Origin: an uncultured archaeon
GTDB taxonomy: Archaea; Hadarchaeota; Hadarchaeia; Hadarchaeales; Hadarchaeaceae
Direction: 5' to 3'
DNA: 11,152 nucleotides
Assembly: GCA_937921735.1 (NCBI GenBank)
Contig: CAKZTQ010000034.1
Location: 1-11,152 of the forward strand
Part shown: positions 1 through 7,632 of the stretch, one piece after another
How positions within the stretch are numbered: position 1 is the stretch's first letter
How the letters are laid out: every line of letters begins with the position of its first letter
Translations under genes and position numbers: made by a program
Notes under the pieces: generated by a model
What the model saw: only the letters and a program-made list of their open reading frames with translations
Databases searched by the model: none
What the model was told of the DNA's origin: nothing

Positions 1-495
1 ACGAGAAACCAATAATGGCGAAATACAGAGGAAGGGAGGGGAGAAGGATCAATGCCGCATACCACAGGGTGGCAAATGAGCTCATCAAAGTAGCTGAAAA
101 GCGAGGATGTTCAGCAATAATCCTGGAGAACCTGAAGAACATCAGAAAGAGGAGGAAGAGACCCCGCGAGCTCAACGGAAGATTGAACAGGTGGAGCTTC
201 AGAAAGCTCCAGGCAACGATCAAGTATAAGGCTAAGCTCGCGGGCTTAAACGTAATATACGTTAAGGCTGAGGGCACATCAAGCCTATGCCCAAGATGCA
301 GGGTTAGGCTAAGCCCAAGCGGGCATAGGCTGATGAAGTGCCCAAAATGCGGATTGGATGAGGATAGAGACGTAATAGCCGTGAGAAACCTCCTACAGAT
401 GCATGTGCCCTCTTCAACCGTTCAGGGCGAAGGCCCTCCCATGAAAAGAGGAGGGAAGGCCTAGCGTGACGGAAGTTGACGCTAGACCAGAACGG
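1..495 (+). mobile_element. Right portion of a tnpB-encoding IS element; right end probably at CAGAACGG (488-495)
   Basis: tnpB plus a structured 3' region. The end is placed by alignment with the second element (CAGAACGG vs CAGAACCC). No tnpA or left end is visible. Confidence 0.7.
3..464 (+). CDS. tnpB: TnpB RNA-guided endonuclease (IS200/IS605 or IS607 family), C-terminal part; gene begins upstream of the window
   Basis: The frame is open from base 3 (EKPIMAKY...). It contains the HRVANELI helix, RuvC-II IILENL, WSFRKLQATIKYKA, the TSSLCPRC...CPKC zinc ribbon and RuvC-III DRDVIAVRNL. RuvC-I lies outside the window. Confidence 0.95.
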   Translation, partial: EKPIMAKYRGREGRRINAAYHRVANELIKVAEKRGCSAIILENLKNIRKRRKRPRELNGRLNRWSFRKLQATIKYKAKLAGLNVIYVKAEGTSSLCPRCRVRLSPSGHRLMKCPKCGLDEDRDVIAVRNLLQMHVPSSTVQGEGPPMKRGGKA

Positions 496-515
496 AGGAA
501 GTTCAGACGGGCTTC
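398..515 (+). ncRNA. TnpB omegaRNA/reRNA overlapping the tnpB 3' end; scaffold about 398-495, guide from about 496
   Basis: Stems: GCCCT(407-411)/AGGGC(424-428); CCCTCC(434-439)/GGAGGG(450-455) with an ATGAA-containing loop; CTAGCGT-GAC-GGAA-GTT-G-ACGCTAG hairpin (461-485) with a GNRA loop. Pseudoknot: CCGTTC(418-423)/GAACGG(490-495). The location is the established one for TnpB guide RNAs. Exact ends are inferred. Confidence 0.75.
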
Positions 516-687
516 ACGGAAACCACCCAATGAGACTCGGTTTTAGCTGCGGAGGGGAATTGGTGAAGGCCATCCTCATTAGGATTCTGAAGTCCTCCCT
601 TTTCGCGTTCTGCGTCATCCCCTCCCCCATCTTCAGGCTGCGAGAGTTGGAACCCTGACGGTAAAGAATGCAAGCATGACAACGCGG

Positions 688-704
688 AACAAAAAAAGGA
701 AAGG
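688..704 (-). terminator. Oligo-T archaeal terminator candidate for the giant pilin gene
   Basis: The minus strand reads CCTTTCCTTTTTTTGTT about 60 nt after the stop at 761. Confidence 0.5.
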
Positions 705-760
705 TTTTGACCCTCATCGGTCGCAAGCATCTGCGAGTGTTGCCTAGGGACCCTCCAGAT

Positions 761-3700
761 CTATACATGAGAAAACAATAGGTCCCACGTGCCCCCAGTT
801 CTCTTGAGATATAGGTACTCCACTCGGTCGCTTATTCGGTTGCTCTCCGGGTAATAGCTCCACCTGATATGGGGGCTGCAGGTATTCGGTGGTTGCAGAG
901 CCGTCGGCGCGCTCCACCCGCTGCCATCGTAGTAGGCGTACATGATGCCGTCCGAGTAAAAGATTCCGTTGATGTTTCTGGGGTTGTCTTCCCACATCAC
1001 GTGCACCCAGTTGTTCTCGCCCGTGCCGATGGTGGGGTACATCTGGTGGCGCGTGGACGCGTTTTCCTGCGTGCTGATGCGCACGGGAGTGCTCCAGCCG
1101 CTGCCGTCGAACCTAGTGTACCAGATCTGGAGGCAACTGTATCCGGCGGCCCCTCCTGCCCAGACAACGTGCACGTTATTGTTCATGTCCGTTGCGATCG
1201 AGGGCAGAGTCTGATAGTAATCCTCCATTCCCTCGGCGGTGCTTATGCGGATCGGCGTGCTCCAGCCGCTGCCGTCGAACCTAGTGTACCATATTTGCTT
1301 ATTCATCCAGCCATACCCATGGCCTCCTTGCCACACCACGTGGACGTTGTTGTTTCCGTCCACAGCAACCACCGGGTCAAACTGATATGATTCATCCATG
1401 CCCTCAACCGTGCTGAGCCTGATCGGCTCGCTCCAGCTGCTTCCGTCGAACTTGCTGTAATAGATCTGATCGTAGAAATCGAAGCATTCTGTGCAGCCTT
1501 GCCAAACCACATGTATGTTGTCTTCCCCATCTATCGCCATTGAAGGAACGCAGTGGTAGATTGCATCACAGCTTACGTTGCTTATGCGGACGGGCCTCCT
1601 CCATTTTTCGCCGTCGAACTTAACGACCCAGATGTGCGTTGTTTCGTCTTCCGAGGTACAGCCATCCCAGACCACGTATAGATTGTCGTTGCTGTCAGCC
1701 GCAATTGACGGCGAGCCCTGCCAGCACTCCTCCATCCCGGGGTAGGTGCTTATGCAGATCTCATCAGTCCATGTTGCGCCACCGTCCACGCTTCTATTCA
1801 CGAAAATCTGGGCGGAGACCTGCTCGGAGTAATCGCCAATATACTTGGTGTAAACAGCGTACAGCGTCCCGTCGCTTGTCCGCACAAGAGGCCTCCAAGC
1901 GTACATATTGGCGCCAGGGTTGATTGCTGTGGAAGACCCTAGACCGCACAGATACAGGGTTGTTTCGCCCTCGGGAACGTTCACGGTCAAAGTCGTGGTT
2001 GAGCTGTTGTAGGCCCAGTCCGTCCAAGCCTCGCCGTTCGCCGCCGCATAAACTGGCGCGCCTATGCCTCCGAGCCAAATCTTGACCACCGTCGGCCCCT
2101 CAACGGTGAAAACTATCTTCCGCAAGGAGCTGCGTATATCGTTGAAGCTCACGGTGGCGTTGTCCACCGCGGCCAGCCTGAAGAACAGTGAGTCGTAATC
2201 CCTGTAGACCCTCTCGTACAGGTTGAACGTCAAGTTATCGAACCCGTCGTAGATCACCCATCTGTCGTTGTCCAGCTTTGCGGCGGAATGGTTCAGGGGC
2301 AATCCGCTGCGGATGCTTGTTACTTTGAAGTGCGGGTTTCCTGAAGCGTCAAAGTCTAAGAATGAGCATGCGACCCCCTCCACCTCAGTCACGTTGACCG
2401 TCAGCCAATCGCTCCGGGTGCCGACGCACGTTGTCGCCCTTATGAGTATCCCGTAGGATCCGGCAGGGGCGTCCTGAGCGGCCGCCACCGTTATTGTGCT
2501 TTCAAATGTCGGGTACCCTCTTTGCGGGTCGAAGCTTATTGAAAGGAACGACGGGACCAGATATGCGTTGAGGGTTACGGGCTGGGGTGAACCGGACAGC
2601 AGGGTGGCTGTTGCGTATGTCTCAACCTGCCCGCCCTGCTCAACTTCAACCGCGTCCGGGTCGACGTCGAAGTCGAACCTGTACCCCGCATACTCGGATC
2701 TTTCATACACGTTTAATTGAAGCGCAGTCTCCTTGGTTACTCCCGTGTTCGGGTCGTACCCTCGGACCATTATGTTCCAGTATCCCTCATAGTTGGGCGC
2801 CGCTCCGGTCAAGGCGCTTATGAACGGCGCTTCGCCGCCCTCCGGGTCAACGTCGACTGTGCCCTCGCTCCAAACGGCTGAAACCTCCACGTATGGGGTG
2901 CCGGCAACGGCTGAGACGATGACGTCCGCCTCGAATGGCTCCCCAGGGTCAACGTAGATGACGTTCGGCCTCACGTCCAGCTGAAAGTCCTCCGAAGTGA
3001 AGTCGCCCACCGTCAGCTCCAGCCAGGCATGCCTCTTCAGGCCGCTGGCGCTCGTGGCGACAAACTTAACGAGGTAGGTTCCCTCGGAGGCCCCGCTTGA
3101 GACGGAGATCGCCGCGGTTGAATACAATGCGTTCCTGAGCAGCCCGCCCATCGGGTTAAACGCCACCGAAACTCCCTCGGGCAGGTTTTCGGCCGAGAAG
3201 GTCACCGATTCAGGGGCGCCGGACAGCCTTTCAGCCCTCAGAATGGCGTCGCCCTCGCCTGAAACGGGTATGATCATGCTCGACGGAAAGACCTCCAGGA
3301 AGAAGTCGAACGCCTCTTCCTCACCGCCCCCTATGCCGCCCCCTACGCCGCCCCCTACGCCGCCTCCCACGCCCCTGCAGAGCACCGACGTTGTCGTGGC
3401 GAACGCGCTCCCGTCGGAGTACGCGGCCTCGATGATGACGATGTAGGTGTTTCCGACGATGTATGTGCCCTCCAGCTGGTCCATGATCACGGAGGCGGAC
3501 CTGCCGGGCGGGACGGATGCGTCGAGCGTGTACGGGTCCTCCCCGTCCAGCTTGACCGTGAGCTTCCTCATCTCCCTTCCGCCGGCGTTCTTGACGGTCA
3601 TGGTGAACATGGCCTGGCCGCCCGACTGCACCACCAGGTCGGCGGACTCAACCGTGATGCTTCCGATCGGACGCGTCAGCCAGTCCCTGGAGTGGCTGTA

Positions 3701-3787
3701 GACGAGCAGTCCTCCAACAACGCAGATCGCTATGAGAATTATCGTGCCGATGAGGGCGCTGATCCCCTTCTTATGTGCGCGTCGCAT
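761..3787 (-). CDS. Giant type IV pilin-like protein / putative pilus adhesin (archaeal pilin N-terminus, Ig-like modules, C-terminal Asp-box beta-propeller)
   Basis: Class III signal peptide MRRAHKKG/ISALIGTIILIAICVVGGLLVY and a pilin-like domain to about aa 138, then a (GGGV)n linker. Three ~100-aa modules start FDFFLEVFP, DFQLDVRP and FDFDVDP. The C-terminus has the Asp-box RSVDGGATW and ~56-aa repeats P-x-IA-x-D-x-NNNVHVVW...QIWYTRFDGSGWSTP. There is no C-terminal TM anchor. A TATA box lies about 30 nt upstream. Confidence 0.85.
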   Translation of the reverse strand: MRRAHKKGISALIGTIILIAICVVGGLLVYSHSRDWLTRPIGSITVESADLVVQSGGQAMFTMTVKNAGGREMRKLTVKLDGEDPYTLDASVPPGRSASVIMDQLEGTYIVGNTYIVIIEAAYSDGSAFATTTSVLCRGVGGGVGGGVGGGIGGGEEEAFDFFLEVFPSSMIIPVSGEGDAILRAERLSGAPESVTFSAENLPEGVSVAFNPMGGLLRNALYSTAAISVSSGASEGTYLVKFVATSASGLKRHAWLELTVGDFTSEDFQLDVRPNVIYVDPGEPFEADVIVSAVAGTPYVEVSAVWSEGTVDVDPEGGEAPFISALTGAAPNYEGYWNIMVRGYDPNTGVTKETALQLNVYERSEYAGYRFDFDVDPDAVEVEQGGQVETYATATLLSGSPQPVTLNAYLVPSFLSISFDPQRGYPTFESTITVAAAQDAPAGSYGILIRATTCVGTRSDWLTVNVTEVEGVACSFLDFDASGNPHFKVTSIRSGLPLNHSAAKLDNDRWVIYDGFDNLTFNLYERVYRDYDSLFFRLAAVDNATVSFNDIRSSLRKIVFTVEGPTVVKIWLGGIGAPVYAAANGEAWTDWAYNSSTTTLTVNVPEGETTLYLCGLGSSTAINPGANMYAWRPLVRTSDGTLYAVYTKYIGDYSEQVSAQIFVNRSVDGGATWTDEICISTYPGMEECWQGSPSIAADSNDNLYVVWDGCTSEDETTHIWVVKFDGEKWRRPVRISNVSCDAIYHCVPSMAIDGEDNIHVVWQGCTECFDFYDQIYYSKFDGSSWSEPIRLSTVEGMDESYQFDPVVAVDGNNNVHVVWQGGHGYGWMNKQIWYTRFDGSGWSTPIRISTAEGMEDYYQTLPSIATDMNNNVHVVWAGGAAGYSCLQIWYTRFDGSGWSTPVRISTQENASTRHQMYPTIGTGENNWVHVMWEDNPRNINGIFYSDGIMYAYYDGSGWSAPTALQPPNTCSPHIRWSYYPESNRISDRVEYLYLKRTGGTWDLLFSHV
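1089..1291. repeat. Perfect 35-bp direct repeat (1089-1123 and 1257-1291) within propeller blades
   Basis: GTGCTCCAGCCGCTGCCGTCGAACCTAGTGTACCA occurs twice, 168 bp (56 codons) apart. A degenerate third copy lies at about 1430-1459. Confidence 0.95.
3324..3371. repeat. 12-bp tandem repeat x4 encoding the Gly-rich linker
   Basis: CCGCCCCCTATG / CCGCCCCCTACG / CCGCCCCCTACG / CCGCCTCCCACG, encoding (V/I)GGG units on the minus strand. Confidence 0.95.
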
Positions 3788-3817
3788 ATTCCATCATAAG
3801 TCAAATGCAAATCGAAC

Positions 3818-3838
3818 TTTAAAGCGGGATTCATGGCG
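3818..3838 (-). promoter_or_regulatory. TATA box (TTTAAA 3818-3823) with upstream CGCCATGA motif for the giant pilin gene
   Basis: TTTAAA lies about 30 nt upstream of ATG 3787 in an AT-rich patch. This spacing fits a leaderless or short-leader archaeal transcript. Confidence 0.65.
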
Positions 3839-3991
3839 AACGATTGTCCGGAGGGGCTTTATGAGGGCAGAACGGCTTCAACAGTGGGTGAACGCGCAGG
3901 GTGCCGGCTTTGCTCGAGCGTGGCTTGGACGTCCAAAGGCTGGGAGCGGGCTGAAATGGGCGGGTTTGAAAACGGCTGGCGGAGGGGTTTT

Positions 3992-5941
3992 TCATATGCT
4001 GCCGATGATGACCCCCATCAGAAAGCTTGCTATCTGCGAGGAGAAGGCTATCCCTCCCGAGGCGATGGCGAGGTTCACGGTCATCCAGAGCGTGTTCTTC
4101 GCCGTCAGATCTATGGTCTTTGCTGAAAGCATTGCAATGCATATCGAGGAGGCCACGGTGAGCATGTAGCACTGCTGTACGAGCGCCTCGGGTATCTGCG
4201 CTATTTCGCTCAGCACTCCAGCTTCGACACCGGGCGCGATCGTTGCCGAAAAGCTTGTTATGATTGTGAACATGAGCGCCGATATGAAGCTCAACGCCAG
4301 CGGCGTGAAGAGGCTCAGGAACTGGTAGAGCCTCATGCTCGCCCTGGCCTCGCGTCTGATCCTGGCAACCTGGTTTGCGAAGTTCGTCAGCGTTTCAAGG
4401 CACTTCGCCGTTCCACCCCCTGACTCGACGACTTGGGCCAGGAGGAAGAAGCACACTCTGGTCAGCCAGCTCCGCGTCGAGACCTCGACCTCCGCCATCC
4501 TCATGCCTAGGCTCAGCTGCCTCGCAACGCTTTTGACAAGCGAGTCGAACACTGGGTTGTAGGCGTTTTCCTCCGATATGCGGATTATCGCCTTCACCAC
4601 ATCGTAGCCCATTTTGCGGTACTCCGTCACGTCCCTCAGGAACTGCGGCAAGACCTTCTCCATCATGCCTATCTCCCGCATCTGAAGAACGGTGGCGGCA
4701 CCGTATATGGCCGTTGCAGCCGCCAGGCTGACCGCCATGCAGAGCCAGATGGGAGCGTTGACTAGGAACGCGGCGGTGAAGGATGCCGCTCCAGCTGCAA
4801 CCGCCAGCCTCCAGTCGCCGCTTACGATGTTATGGGTTTTTGGCTGAACGTTGTGTATGTAGCCGAAGATGGTGACCGTTATGAGCGGGACGATGAGCGT
4901 TAGGACAAGGCTCATCATGGTCAAGGCCTGCCCCGGGAATACGAAGGCGATCATCAATATCGTCACTGGGAAGATGAGGAGGAGGCTGATGGTCGTCTCG
5001 CCTATGTCGACTGCGCGGTTAGCGTAGTGCCGCCACCTGAACTCCATGTCCCTGAGGTAGTCGTCCGCCTTCGCATCCAAATAAGCGCTTACATCGCCGC
5101 CGGAGCGCCACTCGGAGGTGTAGCCGAGGAGGAGCGTGCGCATTTTCTCGTTCGGGTGGCGCCTCCCAACATCGTCCAGGGCCTCCACGGGGCTTTTGAA
5201 GAAGAAGTCGACGTCCCGCTTGACCATCATCGCGTCCTTCTCAATCTGTTTGAAGATGCGGCTTCCAATGACGGCCAGCATGCTGTTGTACAGGCTTATG
5301 CCGACGCTCTGGAGGATGCTCGCGAAGACCGTGAAGAACGGAATCTCCTCCTCGAGGCTGCGTCGCCTGTCCCCCACCATGCTGCGGAGCCTAAGCTTCG
5401 GGTAGACCAGCGGAGCGACCGGGGCGACCATGATTGCGAGGAAGGCCGGGTGGGCGAGGAGCGCCAATGCAACCCCGAGGGGAGCCGATGCGAAGATGAT
5501 GAGAAAGGCGTAGAAGAGGCATTTCGCGGCGAACCTGTATGGGCTTATCGCCTCCCCCGCCTGCAGCACATCCCCCGATATGCTTAAGCTTATGCGTTCG
5601 GCGAGGCGCCTCAAACCCTTCCGCTTGGAGATGAAGCGGAGCGAGAGCTCCTCAGCCATGGGCCTTATCCTCGGCCTGACTGGCGCCACAGGCCTCGCCA
5701 GCCGCTTCTCGATCGGAGGCTTCTTCTCCGCGGGCAGCGCGAGGGCTATATCCAAAGCTATGAAGATGGCGAGGCTCATGGATATGCCGAGGAGAAACGA
5801 GGAGAAGAGCTTCGCGTACAGTTCTTCAATGGGCGAGGGGAAGAGGCTCGCCGGCAGCTGGAAGACTACGAAGGCGAGGATGAAGCTGGCTATCACCGCA
5901 ATAAAGAAGTCGACGTAAAGGACGAGCCTCCCATGCTTCAT
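3992..5941 (-). CDS. Type IV pilus membrane platform protein (PilC/TadC/ArlJ-like, two T2SSF domains)
   Basis: Two T2SSF-like cytoplasmic domains (LEEEIPFF...SVGISL...SGGDVSAYL and EKVLPQFLRDV...GYD...ESGGGTAKCLE), each followed by TM segments. The start overlaps the ATPase stop (TAATG at 5943-5939). Confidence 0.92.
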   Translation of the reverse strand: MKHGRLVLYVDFFIAVIASFILAFVVFQLPASLFPSPIEELYAKLFSSFLLGISMSLAIFIALDIALALPAEKKPPIEKRLARPVAPVRPRIRPMAEELSLRFISKRKGLRRLAERISLSISGDVLQAGEAISPYRFAAKCLFYAFLIIFASAPLGVALALLAHPAFLAIMVAPVAPLVYPKLRLRSMVGDRRRSLEEEIPFFTVFASILQSVGISLYNSMLAVIGSRIFKQIEKDAMMVKRDVDFFFKSPVEALDDVGRRHPNEKMRTLLLGYTSEWRSGGDVSAYLDAKADDYLRDMEFRWRHYANRAVDIGETTISLLLIFPVTILMIAFVFPGQALTMMSLVLTLIVPLITVTIFGYIHNVQPKTHNIVSGDWRLAVAAGAASFTAAFLVNAPIWLCMAVSLAAATAIYGAATVLQMREIGMMEKVLPQFLRDVTEYRKMGYDVVKAIIRISEENAYNPVFDSLVKSVARQLSLGMRMAEVEVSTRSWLTRVCFFLLAQVVESGGGTAKCLETLTNFANQVARIRREARASMRLYQFLSLFTPLALSFISALMFTIITSFSATIAPGVEAGVLSEIAQIPEALVQQCYMLTVASSICIAMLSAKTIDLTAKNTLWMTVNLAIASGGIAFSSQIASFLMGVIIGSI

Positions 5942-7479
5942 TACGCGCCCCTCCTCCTCCTCGACGCATAGAACTGCCTCACGGCCTCTGCGAAGTCCGG
6001 GTAGTCCATCTTGCCCTCCTCAACCGTTTTAACGAGGTACTCGCATCTGCGCTCCAGCTCCTCGACGAGTTCATCGTCCGTCCAGCCCGTGATCCTCTTA
6101 ATTGAGCCGAGCCTGAAGCTGCTCTTCACGAGGCTCCCGGCTTCATTGGGCGTGAAGGAGTCGTCCCGCGCGTTCCATGTGAAGACCCTTTTAAGCTCTA
6201 TCCGCCCATCCCTCGGCACAACCTCCGTCACCTCGAGGACTCGCCTGACGGCTTTCCCGTCCAGCATCCTGACCCTCCCCAAGAGGACGAAGCACCATAT
6301 CAGCATCAGGTTGCCCTCGGGGACATCCATGGGCGGGCTCTTCATGCGGATGATTGCGGCCTCAGGGCCCTCCCCGTGGATGCTGTTCAAACAGCCGTGT
6401 CCGAGCGCCGCAGCCTGCACCAGGGCCCTTATCTCCTCGCCCCTGACCTCCCCGACAACTATGTAGTCTGGGCGGTAGCGCAGCGCAAGCTTCACTAGGT
6501 CGAGGAGGTCGATGTCGAACCTGGTCTCAGTTATGCTGTAAGAGTAGCGGCTCTTGAACCGCTGCCAGCTCTTGTGAGGGATCCTGAGCTCGGGCACGTC
6601 CTCTATCGTAGCTATTTTGGCGACTGGGTCGATCATGGTCAGGATGCAGTTCAGCATCGTCGTTTTGCCCGTCCCCATCGGGCCTACGGTCATTATGAAG
6701 CCCTTGTATTCAGCTATGAGCCAGAGGTAGGAGGCCATGAGCGGCGTCAAAGTCTCGAACCTGAGGAGGTGGGCCATGCTGAAGGGGGCCTCCGGGAACT
6801 TTCTGATCGCCAAGGTCGATCCCGGAAGCGTCACCTCGTCCGCGAAGGTTACGGCCACCCTGTGGCCCTCCCTCGACATTGAGTCCGCGAACGGCGTCGC
6901 CACCGTCACGCTTTTCCCCGTCCTCTGCGCCAGCCTTTGAATGTAGGTCCTCAAAGCATCCTCGCTTCCGAAGACCACGTTCGATTCGAGCCAGTCATAC
7001 TGGCTGTACTTCCTGTGGATGACGTTGACCGGGGTTGCGTAGCTCGTGACCGATATTTCCTCGACATCAGGATCCATCATCATCACGTGCAGGGGCCCGT
7101 AGCCGAAGGCATCCCTCGCAATGTAGTATTTGAGTTTCCCAAAGCACCTCTGGACCGGTTCAACTATGCCGAGGTCCTCGGCCGAATCCCACAGGAAGCT
7201 TTCAACATACTTCATTGGATCCTCAATCTTGGCGACCGGCTTAAGGCTGTAGTAGAGGCTCTCCATCAGCAGGCTGTAGAGGCCCTGCTCCTCAAGCGTC
7301 AGGTCGGGCTCGCTCACCAGGTAGAGGCCGCGCCCCTCATTGTCGGCTATGAAGACGGCCGCTTGCTCAACTGAGTACTTCTCGAGGACCTCGCCCTGGA
7401 TGGCCGCCACGAGCGGCTCGGCTTTGAACCTCAGCTCCTTAGCTGAGGGCATCTTCGCCTTGGGCTTGAGGAAGGGCAT
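5941..7479 (-). CDS. Type II/IV secretion / type IV pilus assembly ATPase (archaeal PilB/ArlI, VirB11-like)
   Basis: Walker A GPMGTGKTT, Asp box TIEDVPEL, Walker B LRYRPDYIVVGEVRGEE, His box GHGCLNSIH, plus GYGPL..MM.DPDVEEIS and LAIRKF motifs. Confidence 0.96.
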   Translation of the reverse strand: MPFLKPKAKMPSAKELRFKAEPLVAAIQGEVLEKYSVEQAAVFIADNEGRGLYLVSEPDLTLEEQGLYSLLMESLYYSLKPVAKIEDPMKYVESFLWDSAEDLGIVEPVQRCFGKLKYYIARDAFGYGPLHVMMMDPDVEEISVTSYATPVNVIHRKYSQYDWLESNVVFGSEDALRTYIQRLAQRTGKSVTVATPFADSMSREGHRVAVTFADEVTLPGSTLAIRKFPEAPFSMAHLLRFETLTPLMASYLWLIAEYKGFIMTVGPMGTGKTTMLNCILTMIDPVAKIATIEDVPELRIPHKSWQRFKSRYSYSITETRFDIDLLDLVKLALRYRPDYIVVGEVRGEEIRALVQAAALGHGCLNSIHGEGPEAAIIRMKSPPMDVPEGNLMLIWCFVLLGRVRMLDGKAVRRVLEVTEVVPRDGRIELKRVFTWNARDDSFTPNEAGSLVKSSFRLGSIKRITGWTDDELVEELERRCEYLVKTVEEGKMDYPDFAEAVRQFYASRRRRGA

Positions 7480-7502
7480 CTTCGATCGATCCCGCCTTAA
7501 AC

Positions 7503-7525
7503 TCTCAAGGTTTGAGACCTTAAAA
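7503..7525 (-). promoter_or_regulatory. Candidate TATA (TTTTAA 7525-7520) followed by inverted repeat TCTCAA-N3-TTGAGA (7503-7517) upstream of the ATPase
   Basis: Both elements are seen directly, about 25-45 nt before ATG 7479. Their function is inferred. Confidence 0.45.
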
Positions 7526-7595
7526 GTTGAATTTGCCCCGGCTTCTCAACGTTTAACGCGAACTTCCCTTCGCAAAGATTTCCCGCCGGCAAGTT

Positions 7596-7628
7596 AAAAA
7601 TAGAAAAAGGAGGGGGCCCATATGGGGC
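7596..7628 (-). terminator. Terminator candidate after the stalk-protein gene
   Basis: Palindrome CCCATATGGG (7617-7626) followed on the minus strand by TTTTTCTATTTTT, directly after the stop at 7633. Confidence 0.65.
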
Positions 7629-7632
7629 TGGG

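Noticed and set aside
499-507. AGTTCAGA shared with 11024-11017 (minus strand) as an alternative element end; TCAGAC shared by the two predicted guides
   Set aside because: The covarying pseudoknot aligns CAGAACGG with CAGAACCC instead. These short matches are probably chance, although the end is not proven.
476-768. Short ORFs 476-658, 503-730 and 514-768
   Set aside because: They overlap each other, the omegaRNA or the terminator, and show no motifs or clear promoter.
1089-1291. 35-bp repeat as a CRISPR array or DGR template/variable repeat
   Set aside because: There are only two perfect copies, in frame inside a CDS and 168 bp apart. There are no adenine-specific mismatches and no cas or reverse transcriptase gene.
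3992-7479. Archaellum (arlI/arlJ) operon
   Set aside because: No ArlH and no recognisable archaellin are present. The context fits an adhesive type IV pilus better.
7560-7567. 8-nt match (GGAAGTTC, minus strand) to the left guide upstream of the ATPase promoter, suggesting TldR-like repression
   Set aside because: The match is too short to exceed chance in 11 kb, the first guide base mismatches, and the visible RuvC residues are intact.
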